Shown: positions 26,976 to 36,335 of the stretch, in pieces | Layout of the letters: the number at the start of each line of letters is the position of its first letter | Numbering within the stretch: position 1 is the first letter of the stretch | Source: a bacterium | Lineage (GTDB): Bacteria > Desulfobacterota > DSWW01 | NCBI GenBank assembly: GCA_040756235.1 | Contig: JBFLZG010000135.1 | Coordinates: 1-36,336 of the forward strand | Direction of reading: 5' to 3' | DNA length: 36,336 nucleotides | Translations under genes and position numbers: made by a program | The notes under the pieces: model-generated | Told to the model about the DNA's origin: nothing | Databases searched by the model: none | The model's input: the letters and a program-made list of their open reading frames with translations, nothing else

Positions 26976-27356
26976 CTACCCCTCGGGCGGTGGCTCGACA
27001 TAATCCGTGATCAGCGGGGGCGAGGTGTCCGTCGCGGCGACGAACTGCCAAGTCTCCTCATCATCGACGCTCCAGACATTGGCCGCATAGCTCATGCCGC
27101 TCGGCATGCTCGAGCCCGACTCCAGCAGATTCATCAGGGCCGCGCCGTCGGCGACCCAGGCGGTCCCGCGCAGGTAGTGGTCCGCCACGTGGATGGTGAG
27201 GGCGCTGTTCAGGGCACCGATGTAACCCTTGGCAGCGGCCTCCTTGGCCTCGGACTGCATGTTGAGATACCGGGGGATCGCCACCACCGAAAGGATGCCC
27301 AGGATGACGATGATCATCACCAGCTCGATCAGTGTAAAACCCTTGTTCTTGCCCAT
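26976..27356 (-). CDS. Major type IV pilin, MshA-like (120 aa mature)
   Basis: MGKNKG|FTLIELVMIIVILGILSVVAIPRY; strong RBS AGGAGGAG; has its own promoter region. Confidence 0.93.
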   Translation of the reverse strand: MGKNKGFTLIELVMIIVILGILSVVAIPRYLNMQSEAKEAAAKGYIGALNSALTIHVADHYLRGTAWVADGAALMNLLESGSSMPSGMSYAANVWSVDDEETWQFVAATDTSPPLITDYVEPPPEG

Positions 27357-27438
27357 TTTTCTCCTCCTGATGAGATTTCGGACAGGCCCGGACCCGGCGA
27401 CGTCGACGCGCATTGAGAACACAGCCTTTCAGGCCAGC

Positions 27439-27454
27439 AGCAATAACGATGCCG
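27439..27454 (-). promoter_or_regulatory. Sigma54 (-24/-12) promoter of the major pilin
   Basis: The minus strand reads CGGCAT-CGTTA-TTGCT (GG-N10-GC), about 80 bp before the ATG. Confidence 0.75.
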
Positions 27455-27692
27455 GAGATGGACCAGGCCGGACCTGCTTGGCCTCTCGCCGTTTCTGTTC
27501 CCTCTCGGCACCGATCCCCCGGTCGATTCTCCCGTCACTGAAAGGACTTGCGGGCACCGTGCGGAACGTCCCGCCGGGGGACGGCCGCTCCGATCCCTGG
27601 TGAGCCATGGCACGCGCGGCCCTGCAATCCTTTCAGGGAGGCATGCAAAGATTTCAGCCGGGGAAGAGACGAGCAAACCCCTCAGCCTCCCT

Positions 27693-28919
27693 TCAGAGCG
27701 CCCCTTTGGCTAGGGCCATGACGTTCCACATGGGCAGGAAGATGGAAAGGGCCAGGAAGCCGACCATGCCGCCCAACAGAAGGAGCAGCATCGGCTCCAG
27801 ATAGGTAGAGAGATTCTGGATGAGGAACGCGGACTCGGCATCGAAATACCTGGAAACCTTCTCCAGGGTACTGTCCAGGCGCCCGGTCTCCTCCCCTACC
27901 GAGGTCATCTGCACCAGCATGGACGGGAAGACGCCGACCGCCCGCATGGAAGCGGCGATGCCCTGTCCTCTTTCCACCTCGGCGCGGACCCGGGAGATCT
28001 GGTCTGCCAGAAACGCGTTTCCCGCGCTTTCGGCGGCCATGTCGAAGGCCTTGAGAATCGGCACGCCGCTGCGCGCCAGCATGGACAGGACCTTTGCGAA
28101 CCGCCCGAGGCTGATGAGGAGGAAGAGCTTCCCGAACACGGGCCAGCGCAGGCGCATCCGATCCCACCAGTAACGGCCCTTCGGCTGGGCCAGCAGCCTG
28201 CGGAAAAGAAAGAAACCCAGGACGGCCCCCGTTGCGAACAGGAGTCCGTGATCGAGCAGGGTGCGGTTCACCTGGATCAGAATCCTGGTCGGCAGCGGGA
28301 GGGGGACCCCCTGCCTCGAGAACATCTCGATGAACCTGGGGACCACCCAGGTCATCAGCACGGCGAAGGCCGCCATCAGGGATCCCACCACGATCTTGGG
28401 GTAGCGGGTGGCAGAGCGGATCCGCTGCTCCGTGGAAGATTCGAACTCGAGGAGCTCTGCCAGATGCTCGAGGATCTCGTGGAGCTGCCCGGATGCCTCA
28501 CCGGATTTCATCATCCCGACCAGAAGGGGCGAGAAGCAGGACGGATGAGCGGCAAATGCGTCCGCAAGGGACGAGCCGTGCCGGACGCGTTCCTGCACGT
28601 CTTCGACGGCTTCGCGCAGCCTCGGAGACCGGAGCTCCTCCGAGGCGATCTCGAGGGTCCTCAGGATCGGCAGCCCGGCCTCCAGCAGGGTCGCCATCTG
28701 CTGCACGAAAATGATCAGGTCCGCCCTTCCGGGCGGCTTCAGTCTGCCGAGGATGTTTTTCCATTCGATTCGGTCCGCGCCGGGGCGGACCGGCTCGATC
28801 GCAACCGGGAAATGGCCCTCCCGATCCAGGTATTGCTCCACTTCGGCCAGCGAGTCTGCCTCCAGGGTGCCCCGGACCGGCCTGCCCAGTCCGTCTCTCG
28901 CCTTGTAAGCGAAACGCAT
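27693..28919 (-). CDS. pilC: PilC/MshG/GspF platform protein
   Basis: MRFAYKARD..G...G.LEA, AGLP, GE.SG.L, YP, LPLPT, SGVP, GEETG.L and EP. Confidence 0.93.
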   Translation of the reverse strand: MRFAYKARDGLGRPVRGTLEADSLAEVEQYLDREGHFPVAIEPVRPGADRIEWKNILGRLKPPGRADLIIFVQQMATLLEAGLPILRTLEIASEELRSPRLREAVEDVQERVRHGSSLADAFAAHPSCFSPLLVGMMKSGEASGQLHEILEHLAELLEFESSTEQRIRSATRYPKIVVGSLMAAFAVLMTWVVPRFIEMFSRQGVPLPLPTRILIQVNRTLLDHGLLFATGAVLGFFLFRRLLAQPKGRYWWDRMRLRWPVFGKLFLLISLGRFAKVLSMLARSGVPILKAFDMAAESAGNAFLADQISRVRAEVERGQGIAASMRAVGVFPSMLVQMTSVGEETGRLDSTLEKVSRYFDAESAFLIQNLSTYLEPMLLLLLGGMVGFLALSIFLPMWNVMALAKGAL

Positions 28920-28923
28920 GGGA

Positions 28924-30645
28924 TCACCTGGAGTCCAATGTGACCCGGATGAGCTCCTCCAGGGTCGTGACGGCCTGACGCACCTGCTCGGCCCCCTCCT
29001 CACGCATGGTCCGATACCCGTTCCGGGCAGCCGCCGAGCGGATCTGCTCGCTCGACGAGCGCACCACCACCGCCTGTCGGACCTCCGGCCCGATGGACAT
29101 CATTTCGTAGATGCCGGTCCGGCCGCGGTACCCCGACTGGCCGCATTCCGCACAGCCCGCGCCGCGCCAGAGGGTCTGCCCGGCCAGGGCCGCCAGGACA
29201 GGGTCGTCCGGGTTTGCGCCAGCCGGGAGAGTATAAGCCTCCTTGCAGAACGGACAGATCCGGCGGACGAGCCTTTGTCCGACCACGCCGAGCACAGAGC
29301 TCGCTACCAGAAACGGCTCGACCCCCATGTCGATGAGCCGCACCGGCGCGCCGGGGGCATCGTTGGTGTGCAGAGTGCTCAAGACGAGATGGCCGGTCAG
29401 GGCTGCTTCGACCGCCATCTGTGCGGTCTCCCGGTCCCGGATTTCGCCCACCATGATCACGTCCGGGTCCTGGCGCAGGATGGAGCGCAGGCCGGTGGCG
29501 AAGGTCAGGTTCGCGTGGGGGTTGACCTGAACCTGATTCACGATGTCCAGGCGGTATTCCACCGGGTCTTCGACGGTGACGATGTTGCGCTCCGGTGAGT
29601 TGATCCGGCTCAAAGCCGCATAGAGCGTGGTCGTCTTGCCGCTGCCGGTCGGCCCCGTGACCAGGATCATCCCGTTGGGGCGCCGGATCCAGGCCTCCAG
29701 GGTCGACTTCTGCCGCGGGGGAAGCCCCAGGGCCTCCATGTCGGCCAGCGTCTCGCCCGCGTTGAGCAGGCGCATCACCACCTTCTCCCCGTAAATGGTG
29801 GGGAGGATCGAAACCCGCACGTCCGTTTCCCTGCCGGCGGCGGCGATCTGAAAGCGGCCGTCCTGGGGTGCCCGCTTTTCGGCGATGTCCAGGTTCGACA
29901 TGATCTTCAAGCGGCTCACGATGGCCGCCTGGAGGTCCCACGGAGGCTCCATGACCTCCCGGAGGGTGCCGTCGATGCGGAAGCGGACGCGCAGCTTCCT
30001 GGCGGCCGGTTCGATGTGGACGTCGCTTGCGCCGGCCCGGATCGCCTGGGTGAGGATGAGATTGACCAGGCGAATGGTCCCGCGCTGCTGGGCGGCGGAC
30101 TGGAGCTCGGCAGTGTCCTCGGCGTCCGCTGCCGGGTCGACCCCGGGCAGGATCTTCTCGTCCAGATCGCGGATGTCCTTCTCCAGGCTGTCCACTTCGT
30201 GATAGTGGAGCTGGACGGCTTGCTGAATCGCTTGCTCGTCGGCCAGCACCAGGTTGATTCTGCGGTGCGTGACGCGACGGACCTCGTCCACGGCCTGCAC
30301 GTCTCTGGGGTCGGTAACCGCCACCGTGAGCTCGTTCTCGACCCGGAACAGGGCGATCAGGTTGTAACGCCTGGCGATCTCTTCCGGGATCTCGCTCACC
30401 ACGAGCGGGTCGATGAGAAAGGATTCGGTCTGCATCACCGGGACGCCGTAGTACTCGCCGAGCTCCTTGAGAAGATCTGCGGCACGGGCAGGCAAGGAGC
30501 GCCTGAGCGCCCTGACCAGCCCGATCCCTTCCTGGGTTTGCAGCCTGCGCGCCTTCTCCAGACCGCCCGGATCGAGGATGCCTCTCTCCAGGAGGAATTC
30601 CGGGAGGCTTTGTCTTCCCAGGTGGGGCGGCTCCGGGTTCCGCAT
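28924..30645 (-). CDS. pilB: PilB/MshE/GspE assembly ATPase
   Basis: ASDVHIEP, RFRIDG, PQDGR, Walker A GPTGSGKT, EDPVE, LRQDPD, GEIRD, His box TGHLVLSTLHTN and zinc cysteines CPFC/CAEC. Confidence 0.95.
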   Translation of the reverse strand: MRNPEPPHLGRQSLPEFLLERGILDPGGLEKARRLQTQEGIGLVRALRRSLPARAADLLKELGEYYGVPVMQTESFLIDPLVVSEIPEEIARRYNLIALFRVENELTVAVTDPRDVQAVDEVRRVTHRRINLVLADEQAIQQAVQLHYHEVDSLEKDIRDLDEKILPGVDPAADAEDTAELQSAAQQRGTIRLVNLILTQAIRAGASDVHIEPAARKLRVRFRIDGTLREVMEPPWDLQAAIVSRLKIMSNLDIAEKRAPQDGRFQIAAAGRETDVRVSILPTIYGEKVVMRLLNAGETLADMEALGLPPRQKSTLEAWIRRPNGMILVTGPTGSGKTTTLYAALSRINSPERNIVTVEDPVEYRLDIVNQVQVNPHANLTFATGLRSILRQDPDVIMVGEIRDRETAQMAVEAALTGHLVLSTLHTNDAPGAPVRLIDMGVEPFLVASSVLGVVGQRLVRRICPFCKEAYTLPAGANPDDPVLAALAGQTLWRGAGCAECGQSGYRGRTGIYEMMSIGPEVRQAVVVRSSSEQIRSAAARNGYRTMREEGAEQVRQAVTTLEELIRVTLDSR

Positions 30646-30667
30646 CTCGGGCAGGCTCCTCGTCTGT

Positions 30668-32095
30668 CTAGGTGATGCCGGGGGTGAGAAAGATCATGAG
30701 CTCACGCTGCTGGTTCTCGCTCCCTCTGCCCTTGAAGGCCCAGCCCAGCACCGGGATGCGGGAAAGGAAGGGCACGCCCGACTTCGTTTCGCGGTTCTGG
30801 GTCTGCAGGATGCCGCCGATCGCCGCGGTCTCGCCATCCTCGAGGAGCAGGGTGGTCGTCACGTGCTGCTTGTTGACCACGGGTTGGCCGTCCACCGTGA
30901 ATTCGGCCAGCGTGTCGTTCTTCAGAGTCACCTCCAGGGAGATGGACTTCGAAGAGGTGATGTGCGGCTTCACCTCGAGGCTGAGCTCGACGCTCTTGAA
31001 CTCGGTGGAGGTGTAGTAGGTGGTCGTGGACTTGTAGGGTACCTCCTGCCCCTGGCTGATCGTGGCTGACTGGTTGTCCAGGACCAGCAACTTGGGGCTG
31101 GAGAGAATCTGGATGCGGCGGTCGTCCTCGAGGGCCGCCAACTGCACGTCCAGGTTGTAGCTGCCGATCTTGCCCACTGCGAAGCCGAGCCCTCCGAGGG
31201 GAGAAGCGGCAGTGGGCACGTTCACCGCCTGTGTGCTCGGAAGGGTCAGGTCTCCCTTGGTCAGGTCCGGCAACCCGGTGGGCTCGTCCAGGCCGCCGCG
31301 GACCCCCATGAACTTGCGGCCGTCCTCCCAGCCTGCGACTCCCCCCCATTTCACACCGAGCTCTTCCAGGACTTTCTTCTCCGCCACCAGGATCTTGGCC
31401 TCGATCAGGACCTGGGGCACCTTGCGGTCCAGCTCGGTGAGGAGCGCCTGGATCTCCTGGATCTTGGACGGGATGTCCTTCACGATGAGCGCGTTGGTCC
31501 TCTCGTTGGCCCGGACGCTTCCGCGGGCGCTCAGCATGGGCTCGACCTGGCTCAGCAGCTCCTTTGCCGACAGATACTGGACGGCCAGCGACTGGATCTG
31601 GAGGTCTTCCACGACTTCCTTCTCTCTACGAGACTTGAGCTGCTCCTGCTCCTCTTGGGCGATTTTGTCGCGGGGCGCCACTTTCATCACCGAGCCGACC
31701 TGTCGGCGGTCGAGCCCGTTGGCATCGAGAACCGTCTCCAGTGCCTCCTGCCAACTGACGTTGCTGAGCTTGATGGTCATCGGCTCCTGGACGTCCTTGT
31801 CGATGATGACGTTGAGCTCCGCGAACTCGGCAATGAGTCGGATGACGTCGGCGACCGGAACCTCTTTGAGCTTGAGGGTGATGCGACCCTTGCCCTCGTC
31901 CTTGAGCGATGCCTCTGCCGGGCCCGGAGGAGCCGGTGGGGGGGAATCTTCAGAAGGGCCGGGGCCGTGGAGGTCTACGTCGGCGGGCGGCGGCCCTTGC
32001 CCGGCGGCTATGCCGCCGGCCGGAGGCGGGCCGGCACCCAGAAGCAAGAGCAAGCAGGCCGGCAGAATCCACCACCGGAAACGTAAGGCTGGCAT
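30668..32095 (-). CDS. pilQ: PilQ-like secretin (short, no AMIN domains)
   Basis: Signal peptide, N0-like region (W..AL..VL), RTNALIV, QVLIEAKI, LSSP, L.V.P.I and GVPFLSRIPVLG..F. ATG 32095 follows GGGAG. Confidence 0.92.
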   Translation of the reverse strand: MPALRFRWWILPACLLLLLGAGPPPAGGIAAGQGPPPADVDLHGPGPSEDSPPPAPPGPAEASLKDEGKGRITLKLKEVPVADVIRLIAEFAELNVIIDKDVQEPMTIKLSNVSWQEALETVLDANGLDRRQVGSVMKVAPRDKIAQEEQEQLKSRREKEVVEDLQIQSLAVQYLSAKELLSQVEPMLSARGSVRANERTNALIVKDIPSKIQEIQALLTELDRKVPQVLIEAKILVAEKKVLEELGVKWGGVAGWEDGRKFMGVRGGLDEPTGLPDLTKGDLTLPSTQAVNVPTAASPLGGLGFAVGKIGSYNLDVQLAALEDDRRIQILSSPKLLVLDNQSATISQGQEVPYKSTTTYYTSTEFKSVELSLEVKPHITSSKSISLEVTLKNDTLAEFTVDGQPVVNKQHVTTTLLLEDGETAAIGGILQTQNRETKSGVPFLSRIPVLGWAFKGRGSENQQRELMIFLTPGIT

Positions 32096-32415
32096 GGGAC
32101 TCCCTTTTCCGGGTTGCCTGGGCATGACGGCGCTTTCGCAACCGCTGCCGAGCCGCCCCCCACGACACGAGCCGATGCGCCGTGAGCGCTTCCGAGAGGG
32201 GCGTCCTGTGTCCCTTATCGGACGGAAACAGAAGAAGAATTACATGAATTAAAGGGAGCATGGGTCGAGCGGCTCGTCCGCACCGACGGCTTGGCATGCA
32301 GGGGAGGCTCGGGGCGTTGACCCGGTTCGGGGCTCTTGCTAATCTTCGGACGTCTCCGCGCCGGGCTGCGGGCACCCAGAGAGCAACTCAGCTTCTTCGA
32401 AAGGAGCTCCGGGCC

Positions 32416-32754
32416 ATGGAAATGCAGGTTCGTCAGGAGGGAGCGCTGCACATCGTAAGCTGCCAGGGGAGAATGGATGCGAATGTATCAGGAGCCCTGA
32501 AGGACAGGATCCAGCAGCTCGTGGACAAGGGAGCCACCCGGCTGGTCCTGGATCTGGAGGGAGTGGATTTCCTGGACAGCTCCGGGTTGGGCGTGCTCGT
32601 GGCGTGTCTGCGCCGGGTCCGGGAAAAGCAAGGGGAGATCAAGCTCTCCGGCTTGCGGCCCGAGGTCCGGTCCATCTTCGAAATCACGCGGGTTTCCCGG
32701 CTCTTTCACATCTGCGGCGACGTGGCGGAGGCAGCGGCCGCATTCTCAGGGTGA
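32416..32754 (+). CDS. STAS-domain anti-sigma-factor antagonist (RsbV/SpoIIAA-like)
   Basis: G.MD, LVLDL.GV.FLDSSGLG and V..IFEIT; RBS AAGGAG before ATG 32416. Confidence 0.93.
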   Translation: MEMQVRQEGALHIVSCQGRMDANVSGALKDRIQQLVDKGATRLVLDLEGVDFLDSSGLGVLVACLRRVREKQGEIKLSGLRPEVRSIFEITRVSRLFHICGDVAEAAAAFSG

Positions 32755-33735
32755 GAGGCCGTCAACCTGGCGTGCACGCTCATCGGCCGGGTCTCGGGTA
32801 GCGGGCTCTCCGAGATTGCCTCCTGCCTGCCAGGGGGCGGTTCCTGCCTTGAGGCCTAGCCGGGCTGCTGCACTGGCCGGGATCCAGCCTTTCTTCCCGT
32901 CACCCAGGGCGATCTTCAGCCAGCCGTTTTCCTCCCCGAGTCCGGAAAACTCGGTCCCTTCATGCAGAACGTACAGGATCGTGTCATTCTGGGTGAATCC
33001 GGCGCGGACGGGTATCTCACTTGCCAGGACCACGCCGTCCCGACTGTAGAGAGTCTCCCTGTACTTGATGGCCGCAGACACCCCCATGAGCAGGCTCATG
33101 AACAGGCAGCAGCCGAGGAGCCAAAGGCTCCATTCGCTCTTACGGTAAAGGCGCAACAGGGCCACCGCCCAGAACAGGGCGTGGAATGCGAGAAAAGCCA
33201 GAAGGAGCTCCCGAAAGTTCAGCCCGTGGTACCAGAAGACCAGGGTGCGCCAAAGGGAAGGGGCGGTTTCCGTCTCCAGTCGGTCTTGCCGGAGGCTTCT
33301 TGCGTACTGGAGATTCGCCTTGAGGTCCCCGTCCCGCGGCAGCAGAAGGGCGGCCCTGCGGTACTCGAGGACCGCTCTGCCGATCCGGCCCATGCGGACG
33401 TAGGTGTTCCCGAGGTTGTAGAAGACGTGGCCGTTCAAGCATCCCCATTCCAGCAGGGATTCGTATCCGCTGGCCGCCTCCGCGTACTGCCCTTCCAGGT
33501 AAGCCTGATTGGCCCTGAAGAGGATCTCATGGGCTTCCTTGGGCCCGTCATGGGGTGCGTTCTGGAGGGGAGGGCGCCGCTCGGATCGCACCGGCCCCTC
33601 TGTCGCAGGTTCCTGACCGGCCCCGGCGCCGGCAGGGGCGAAAACACTCAGGAGAAAGGGCACGAGAAGGGTGAGGAGCGCGCCCGTGCGCAAGGTGCGC
33701 CCCGGAACCCTCCTTTTGCTTTGAGCACGCTTCAC
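32746..33735 (-). CDS. batE: BatE-like TPR + TM + SH3 protein
   Basis: F.RANQAY..G.Y..A, YNLGN.Y, A...Y.RA..L.PRD..L..NL, two TM helices and an SH3-like LHEGT..W.KI..GWI. Confidence 0.85.
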   Translation of the reverse strand: MKRAQSKRRVPGRTLRTGALLTLLVPFLLSVFAPAGAGAGQEPATEGPVRSERRPPLQNAPHDGPKEAHEILFRANQAYLEGQYAEAASGYESLLEWGCLNGHVFYNLGNTYVRMGRIGRAVLEYRRAALLLPRDGDLKANLQYARSLRQDRLETETAPSLWRTLVFWYHGLNFRELLLAFLAFHALFWAVALLRLYRKSEWSLWLLGCCLFMSLLMGVSAAIKYRETLYSRDGVVLASEIPVRAGFTQNDTILYVLHEGTEFSGLGEENGWLKIALGDGKKGWIPASAAARLGLKAGTAPWQAGGNLGEPATRDPADERARQVDGLSP

Positions 33736-33804
33736 CTTTTTCCTCTCCGTGCAAGGGCCACGACTCGGGCAGGGTGGGGCGGGCGATCCCTTCCCGCCGC
33801 CGCT

Positions 33805-35661
33805 TCAGAGCCGTTTGTCCAGCAACCTCAGTAGCTTCTCTGCTTCCTTGTAGTGCGGCTGGCGCTGCCGAGCCTCCTCTGGGCGTGAGCCGAACTGGAG
33901 TTGTTCCAGCTTCTCCAGAAAGTCCCCGATCGAGGCGGCGGTCTTGGGCTCTATCCCATTGTCCACGAGACATCGACAGATCTCGGCGGGCGTGTAGGCC
34001 AGCGCCGAAAGGTCGAGCTTGTCTCCCACGAGCCCCCGCAGACTTCGGGAGATCTGGCCGTAGAATTCACGATCCTCCGGGCGGTCGAGGTTCCTCTTCG
34101 CTTCGCGGAGCCCGCTCCGGGCCTTCTTCCCGGCCCCTCTCCTGCGTGCCACGTGCGCTTCGATCTGCCTCCTCCTTTTCAAGCCGAGGCAAGCCAGGAG
34201 AATGCCCGGCGGAAACGCGAGCCCGAGAAGGCTGAGCCACAAGCCGCGGCCGGAGGGAACCTGACTGCGGGCGCCGGCCAGCCCGGTATGGATCGGGAGG
34301 ATATCCTTGCCGATGAGTTGGATGTAGGTCCCGCCCGATCCGGAGGGGGAGGACTGGGCGAGGTGGAGCTGTTCGGATTCCGGCGCCTTCTTCACGACCA
34401 GGGGGATCGGGGCGGTGCTGGCGATCCGGTAAGTGCCCTCCGCGGGATCGAAGTAGGAGAGCTCGACGGCCGGCACCTCCAGGTTCCCCTCGGTCAGAGG
34501 GACCAACGCCTTCTTGAAGATCTTCGTGCCCTCGATCCTGTTTTCAAGGCGTTGGAGCTCGAAGATCGGCTTGTCCGGGTAGATCTTGAACCGCTCGATC
34601 TCCTGCGGCGGCAGCTCGGCCAGGTCCCGCAGATTCCCTTCCCCGGCCACCGTGATCGTCAGGGTCGTGGAATCGCCGACCCGGAGACGTTCCTGGCCGA
34701 CGTCGGCCTGGATGGCGAAGGTCCCGACCAGGCCGGAGAAACCCGCGGGCCTGCCGGCCTCGGGCAAAGGGCGGACCTCCACCCGCACCGGATCGGTGTG
34801 GAGGGTCTTGGTCACGGTCTCGCCTCCGGTGAAGAAAGGCGTGCTGAAGAAATCGTCGTCGAACAGGCTGTTGACCCCCCGGCGTCCGCCCCTGCGCTCC
34901 AGAACGAGCTTGCAGGTTAGCGAGTTGCCCGCTATCTCGAGGGACCCGGAAGCAAGCGGAAAGAGGGCCTTTCGGATCTCCGTGACCATATAGCTCTGCC
35001 CGCCCAGGACCTGCTGGTACTGGCCCTCTTTGCCCAGGTCCTCGACCCAGAATCCCTGGAAGACCGGGGGGTCCCATTGGGCTTCGACGGCCTGCACCCT
35101 CCTGAAGAACCGGAAAGTGTACACGATCTGCTGGTTCACGTAAGGACTTTCGACGTCCACTTCCTGCTTCACGAAGGCCGGCGGGAGCTCGTCGTCAGCG
35201 GCCCGCGCCTGAAGGATGCGGACCTGTATCGGCAGGCTCTGCTCGAATGCTCCCCTGTGCCGGACCCGGACCGGAGGGATCGTAAGCGTCCCCGTTCGGC
35301 GCGGAGCGAGCAGGAACTTGAACTCGACCGAGGAGCGGAACTGTCCATTCGAGATTTCGGTGCGGGAAGACTTGCCGCCCCGCGTCACTTCGAAGTCCGG
35401 CAGGGGAGGCAGCTCCGGCGGATGGGAGATCGAATGCTCCCCCAGGACCGACACGGTCAAGATGATCTGGTCTTCCAGCGTCGCCTCGGTCTTGTCCACC
35501 GAGGCCTGAACTTCCACGGCAAGGGCCGATCCGGAAAATACGAAAACACCGAGGAGCCCTCCGAGCGCAGCCGCCGGCAGGAGCAAGACGAGCCTCCTTC
35601 CGGCACGCCGCCGCCCCCGGCCTCCCGGGGCACCGCTGTGACTCTCTCTACGATGGTCCAC
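33805..35661 (-). CDS. batD: BatD-family protein
   Basis: Signal peptide, ASVDK, ING, G.LTIP, YVNQQ, F.GFW, F.G.VG.F, G.GNL, YFDP, DI.PI and a C-terminal TM helix. Confidence 0.9.
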   Translation of the reverse strand: MDHRRESHSGAPGGRGRRRAGRRLVLLLPAAALGGLLGVFVFSGSALAVEVQASVDKTEATLEDQIILTVSVLGEHSISHPPELPPLPDFEVTRGGKSSRTEISNGQFRSSVEFKFLLAPRRTGTLTIPPVRVRHRGAFEQSLPIQVRILQARAADDELPPAFVKQEVDVESPYVNQQIVYTFRFFRRVQAVEAQWDPPVFQGFWVEDLGKEGQYQQVLGGQSYMVTEIRKALFPLASGSLEIAGNSLTCKLVLERRGGRRGVNSLFDDDFFSTPFFTGGETVTKTLHTDPVRVEVRPLPEAGRPAGFSGLVGTFAIQADVGQERLRVGDSTTLTITVAGEGNLRDLAELPPQEIERFKIYPDKPIFELQRLENRIEGTKIFKKALVPLTEGNLEVPAVELSYFDPAEGTYRIASTAPIPLVVKKAPESEQLHLAQSSPSGSGGTYIQLIGKDILPIHTGLAGARSQVPSGRGLWLSLLGLAFPPGILLACLGLKRRRQIEAHVARRRGAGKKARSGLREAKRNLDRPEDREFYGQISRSLRGLVGDKLDLSALAYTPAEICRCLVDNGIEPKTAASIGDFLEKLEQLQFGSRPEEARQRQPHYKEAEKLLRLLDKRL

Positions 35662-35827
35662 TTGCTGATGACTCCTGGAGCAACTGAGTACTGCTTTTCA
35701 CAAAACATGACTACCCGTATTTCCGCGGGGTCGCCCCGCCCGCCAGCGACGTGGCGGCTGAGAGCAAGTGTCGGAGATTGCGAGGCCCGCAGGGCCGTGG
35801 CAACCCCCGTGTCACCGGCCGGGGCGT

Positions 35828-35883
35828 TGTAGGGGCGCTGGGCTAGCGCCCGCCGCTCGGGCAGGGCAAGCCCTGCCCCTACA
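35828..35883. repeat. GTAG-type REP doublet-like palindrome inside the bat cluster
   Basis: tGTAGGGGCgctgggctagcgccc..gggcagggcaagccctGCCCCTACa, with terminal inverted ends and two internal hairpins. Confidence 0.75.
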
Positions 35884-35981
35884 AGAAAAACTGCCGTCGT
35901 TGTGGGAAGCCAGCCTTGTCCGTCCTACCGAATGTTCACAGGGCTCGCTCGCCCCACTGCCGACAGCTGACAACTTGCTTC

Positions 35982-36335
35982 CTACCAATCCTTGGACGGT
36001 CTCCTTTCCCCTCGCCCGGCCGCCTCCTGTGCCTGTCTCCGGGCAAGCTCCTTCTGATCTTCGTCCAGGGTATTCAGCCACCGTTCGGCCTCTTCAGGGC
36101 TCATCTGCCGGGACGGCGCCGAGGCCAGCCCCCCTTCTGTTCCTGAAGCGCCTTGGGAGCCGCCCGTTGCATCATCGGCTTGCTGCCCCCCGGGCCCCGC
36201 CTCCTTCTCGGCCGCTTGAGGCTCCTGCTGCCGAGGAGCCGCTTCGGGGATTTCGCCGGCCTCACCCGAGGGTTGCTCCTCGGGGCTGGCCGTCTGCGTC
36301 TCAGGGGCGCTCCCCTGCTGCTGCTCGGAGGGCCG
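35982..36335 (-). CDS. 3' end of a BatC/BatB-like protein (partial, runs off the window)
   Basis: Hand-translated open frame: Q/E/P-rich linker then MSPEEAERWLNTLDED...RPSKDW*, the typical BatC-type C-terminus, upstream of batD. Absent from the ORF track. Confidence 0.85.
   Translation of the reverse strand, partial: RPSEQQQGSAPETQTASPEEQPSGEAGEIPEAAPRQQEPQAAEKEAGPGGQQADDATGGSQGASGTEGGLASAPSRQMSPEEAERWLNTLDEDQKELARRQAQEAAGRGERRPSKDW

Noticed and set aside
26976..27356. Conductive e-pilin
   Set aside because: The mature pilin is 120 aa and MshA-like. It has F1 and Y24 but Met at position 27, so the Geobacter-type aromatic pattern is incomplete.
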